NCBI RefSeq assembly: GCF_001194135.2
Contig: NC_069002.1
Location: 3,757,398 to 3,821,397, forward strand
Reading direction: 5' to 3'
DNA from: Octopus bimaculoides
Taxonomy: Eukaryota
DNA length: 64,000 bases
The notes under the pieces are model-generated. The model ran no database searches. It had not been told where the DNA came from and saw only the letters and a list, made by a program, of their open reading frames with translations. Shown here in pieces: positions 60,863-64,000 of the stretch. A program made the translations under genes and the position numbers. Each line of letters starts with the position of its first letter. The stretch's first letter is position 1.

Positions 60863-63043
60863 NNNNNNNNNNNNNNNNNNNNNNNNNNNNNNNNNNNNNN
60901 NNNNNNNNNNNNNNNNNNNNNNNNNNNNNNNNNNNNNNNNNNNNNNNNNNNNNNNNNNNNNNNNNNNNNNNNNNNNNNNNNNNNNNNNNNNNNNNNNNNN
61001 NNNNNNNNNNNNNNNNNNNNNNNNNNNNNNNNNNNNNNNNNNNNNNNNNNNNNNNNNNNNNNNNNNNNNNNNNNNNNNNNNNNNNNNNNNNNNNNNNNNN
61101 NNNNNNNNNNNNNNNNNNNNNNNNNNNNNNNNNNNNNNNNNNNNNNNNNNNNNNNNNNNNNNNNNNNNNNNNNNNNNNNNNNNNNNNNNNNNNNNNNNNN
61201 NNNNNNNNNNNNNNNNNNNNNNNNNNNNNNNNNNNNNNNNNNNNNNNNNNNNNNNNNNNNNNNNNNNNNNNNNNNNNNNNNNNNNNNNNNNNNNNNNNNN
61301 NNNNNNNNNNNNNNNNNNNNNNNNNNNNNNNNNNNNNNNNNNNNNNNNNNNNNNNNNNNNNNNNNNNNNNNNNNNNNNNNNNNNNNNNNNNNNNNNNNNN
61401 NNNNNNNNNNNNNNNNNNNNNNNNNNNNNNNNNNNNNNNNNNNNNNNNNNNNNNNNNNNNNNNNNNNNNNNNNNNNNNNNNNNNNNNNNNNNNNNNNNNN
61501 NNNNNNNNNGAGAGAGAGGAGGGAGGGAGAGAGAGAGGAGGGAGGGAGAGAGAGAGAGAGATGAGAATAGAGAAATTTGGCTATTGTTTTTAGCAAACTG
61601 AATGACCCTGCAGAAATGCCATGGTCTTCAGGTCATCATGTGGTAGTCATGATAGACATGGTTGACGATTGGTCTGTTCCACATGTGACCACTAATGTCA
61701 AGGACATGCTACAAACTGTAAACTGACAGAAAGGTAATCTGTCTGCACTGGCTGGCTAGGGTTGGGTTGGTGACTTCAAGTTGGTTATCTTAAATACAAG
61801 CTGAGACATGTGAAATGGCATTAACGTATTACAAATAATATTCTCAATTGACAGGGTCCCACCAAGAGCACTGGTAAAATCCTATTGCAAATGAATTGTT
61901 TAGTCTAGTCTGCACAACATGGAAGTTCAAGTAATAAAGACCACCACATACAAACAGAATTGTGCAAAGCCCTCCCTAGCTACATAACAGAAGGAATTTC
62001 TACATGGTTGCAAGGTCTGCTACAAATTGCAGCTAAATCACTTTTGAATTGTATTCTAGTGTCTTCGAAAAATCATAATCTTTTCTTGTACAGGCACAAG
62101 GCTGGAAATTTTAGGGGTGGAGGTCAGTCAATTACATTGGCCCCAAGGCTCAACTGGTACTTATTTTATCAAATGTAAATATAAACACATGCATACACAA
62201 TTAGTTTTATGTCCTTTTCCCCATGCCAGCAGGGTTTAGACAGCTGTATTATTGAAGCACTGGTGCTATTCCTGTTACCAACCCATAACTGATTTTCAAA
62301 GAAAGGATCTCTTATTTCACACATCTCCAAAAATTTAAAGCCAGGGGAAGGATTTGTTAACAGAATTGATAACAGTGTCAGTGCAATACTCAGTCAATAT
62401 GCATATACACACACACATATATACAAATATACACACACATGTATCTACAAATATACATACACATATATATATGCGGACATACACATATACACAGGCATGC
62501 ACACACACATACATACATACATATACACACACACATATATATAGGCATACACACATATCTATATATATATATGTAAATGGCAATTTCTGCCTGTCTGTAT
62601 GTCTGTTACCATCTTAGTGCCTAAACCAGAGAACCAATATTCACGAAACTTTGCATACATGTGACACTAACATCCAGTTCAATAATAGGCTAATTGGATT
62701 TCAATAAAAGTCTATAATCTGCCCCACCCCCACCAGGGGCATTGGGCAAATTATATGATAAAATGAAAAAGTTGCAAAAAGTATTAGTGTGAAGGAAAGT
62801 TAGTAATAGAGAGAGGGTGACTTGTATCAGTGAAGGCAGGAACAAAGATGGAAATGAGATGATGTTACTACAGCTGTCGTATACACATGATGCTGCATAC
62901 ATACTTTCATAAATACATAGATACAACACACACACACACAGAAAGGGGTGTGTGAGGAATACATAGCTTTGAGAGAGGGAGTAGGTGGCTTTGCCGTCTA
63001 TTGCAAAGAAACACTCACACACAGACACACCCACACACATACA

Positions 63044-63572
63044 TACGTGGTCTGATCAATAAGTAGATGGACTGTTGCTATAGTGATGAAGCTAAAGCAC
63101 ACAAAGTGAAGCCACTTGGCACAGATTGACCTTGACCGCTGCTGTGCATACACACTAAGTTTCAACATTCTAACTCACTTCTGCTGTTTACAGCAGTGCT
63201 TGGAAGGATGGTGTGTAGCATGTGATCATCGCATTGACCATGCAGAGAATCTGCATCAGATTTTGCCAGAAGCATGGAGATACCTGCTCAGAGGCCTACG
63301 CAAAGTTTTCAAAAAGCTTTTGTCATTCTCGACTCAGTGAAGATCTTGTGCAACGGAAACCTGAGTGTCCTTTCGGTCGGCTGGAAGCAGTTTTGGCACA
63401 AACTTGGCAGACACCCGTCTCATACCCAAATCTTCAGTCATAATGAACTGAACCATGACGCATATGCACATCCTCCGATAACTCACAGACGGGGATTCAA
63501 CGATTTCCCTTCACAGCTGCGATGTTTTTCCCAGTTCTGCTGGTTGCAGGTCTCCTAGAATGTTCATCAATA
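63044..63572 (+). mobile_element. Mariner relic with internally inverted segment
   Basis: TA-CGTGGTCTGATCAATAAGTA TIR-like start and plus-strand MQRICIRFCQKHGDTCSEAY (63240-63300). 63301-63572 encodes on the minus strand ..SRRPATSRT..EDLGMRRVSAKFVPKLL..ENDKSFLKT. Confidence 0.75.
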
Positions 63573-63575
63573 GAC

Positions 63576-63874
63576 ATATAATTGTTAAAGAGGACAACAA
63601 ACAATAAGGCAAGGCAAACATCTCAAGTCATATTCATTATTATTATTGGAAAAATTCAGTCTTACAGCTATTTCTGGGATATCCTGGAGTGTGGGATATT
63701 CCGTCACCAGAGACAAATAGAGAAAATACCCTTCTCATTTTCCCAATTTGTCTCTGATAACAGAATATCCCAGAAACAGCTGTAAGACTTTGAATTTTTG
63801 CAATAATAATAACATATATCACTTGAGATATTTGTCTTGCCTTAACATTTGTTGTGCTCTTTAACAATTATATA
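63576..63874. repeat. About 300-bp imperfect palindrome (foldback/MITE)
   Basis: The left arm ATATAATTGTTAAAGAGGACAACAAA..CTCAAGTCATATT..CTTACAGCTATTTCTGGGATAT..AGAGACAAAT pairs with the right arm reverse complement ATATAATTGTTAAAGAGCACAACAAA..CTCAAGTGATATA..CTTACAGCTGTTTCTGGGATAT..AGAGACAAAT. The loop is about 10-20 nt near 63725-63745. Confidence 0.9.
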
Positions 63875-64000
63875 TATCTGCTATATCGGAAATCTACAAT
63901 GGCTCCATAACTACCGTCTTGGTTACAACCTTGGAGCCCTGGTAATCCATTACAGCACTTACCTAGCGCACCTAGTCATTTAGATCACCTGTGAACTAAA

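Larger units (their letters stand above)
3880..61509. other. Assembly gaps (N runs): 3880-4152, 20902-21556, 22239-22863, 25299-25311, 28810-29497, 37999-38322, 40347-40731, 43781-44235, 47575-48237, 49562-49571, 50137-50528, 55075-55174, 60863-61509
   Basis: Direct reading of the sequence. Most gaps abut microsatellites or young repeats. Confidence 0.98.

Noticed and set aside
3771-61601. Long ORFs containing X runs or poly-IY/TH/CV/N/I tracts
   Set aside because: They are artefacts of N-gaps and di-/tri-nucleotide microsatellites lacking stop codons.

Overview
AT-rich, microsatellite-laden animal genomic scaffold with 13 N-gaps. The repeat landscape (tRNA-derived SINEs, RTE LINE tails ending in (GAT)n, (TA)n/(CA)n/(AAT)n arrays) looks like an octopus/cephalopod genome; this is inference. 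Three host genes can be read by eye: (1) an intronless mitochondrial trans-2-enoyl-CoA reductase MECR (1848-2969, +), followed by a frameshifted partial copy of its own 5' end; (2) a complete 10-exon OSCP1 (12267->5696, -, 382 aa), with all splice phases consistent; (3) a TAB2/TAB3-like TAK1 adaptor (58009->40746 and into a gap, -) with a CUE domain, an S/P/Q/H-rich linker and a coiled coil, whose expected NZF zinc finger should lie in the 40347-40731 N-gap. There is also a probable first exon of an unidentified gene leaving the window leftwards, with RFX X-box-like motifs, and a possible orphan pair of terminal exons at 13.2-14.0 kb. The rest is mobile DNA: several SINE families, RTE LINE pieces, two R4/Dong-like RLE fragments ending in (TAA)n, a Penelope-like fragment with a decayed hammerhead ribozyme motif, mariner relics, hAT/pogo/piggyBac-type MITEs and a 300-bp foldback. 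The most interesting signals are retroelement families that appear to partition different microsatellites as insertion sites, hammerhead relics, SINEs with swapped 3' tails, long intronic hairpins and the intronless MECR. There is no CRISPR, rRNA or genuine tRNA gene. Repeat boundaries are approximate; exon boundaries were read from GT/AG signals.
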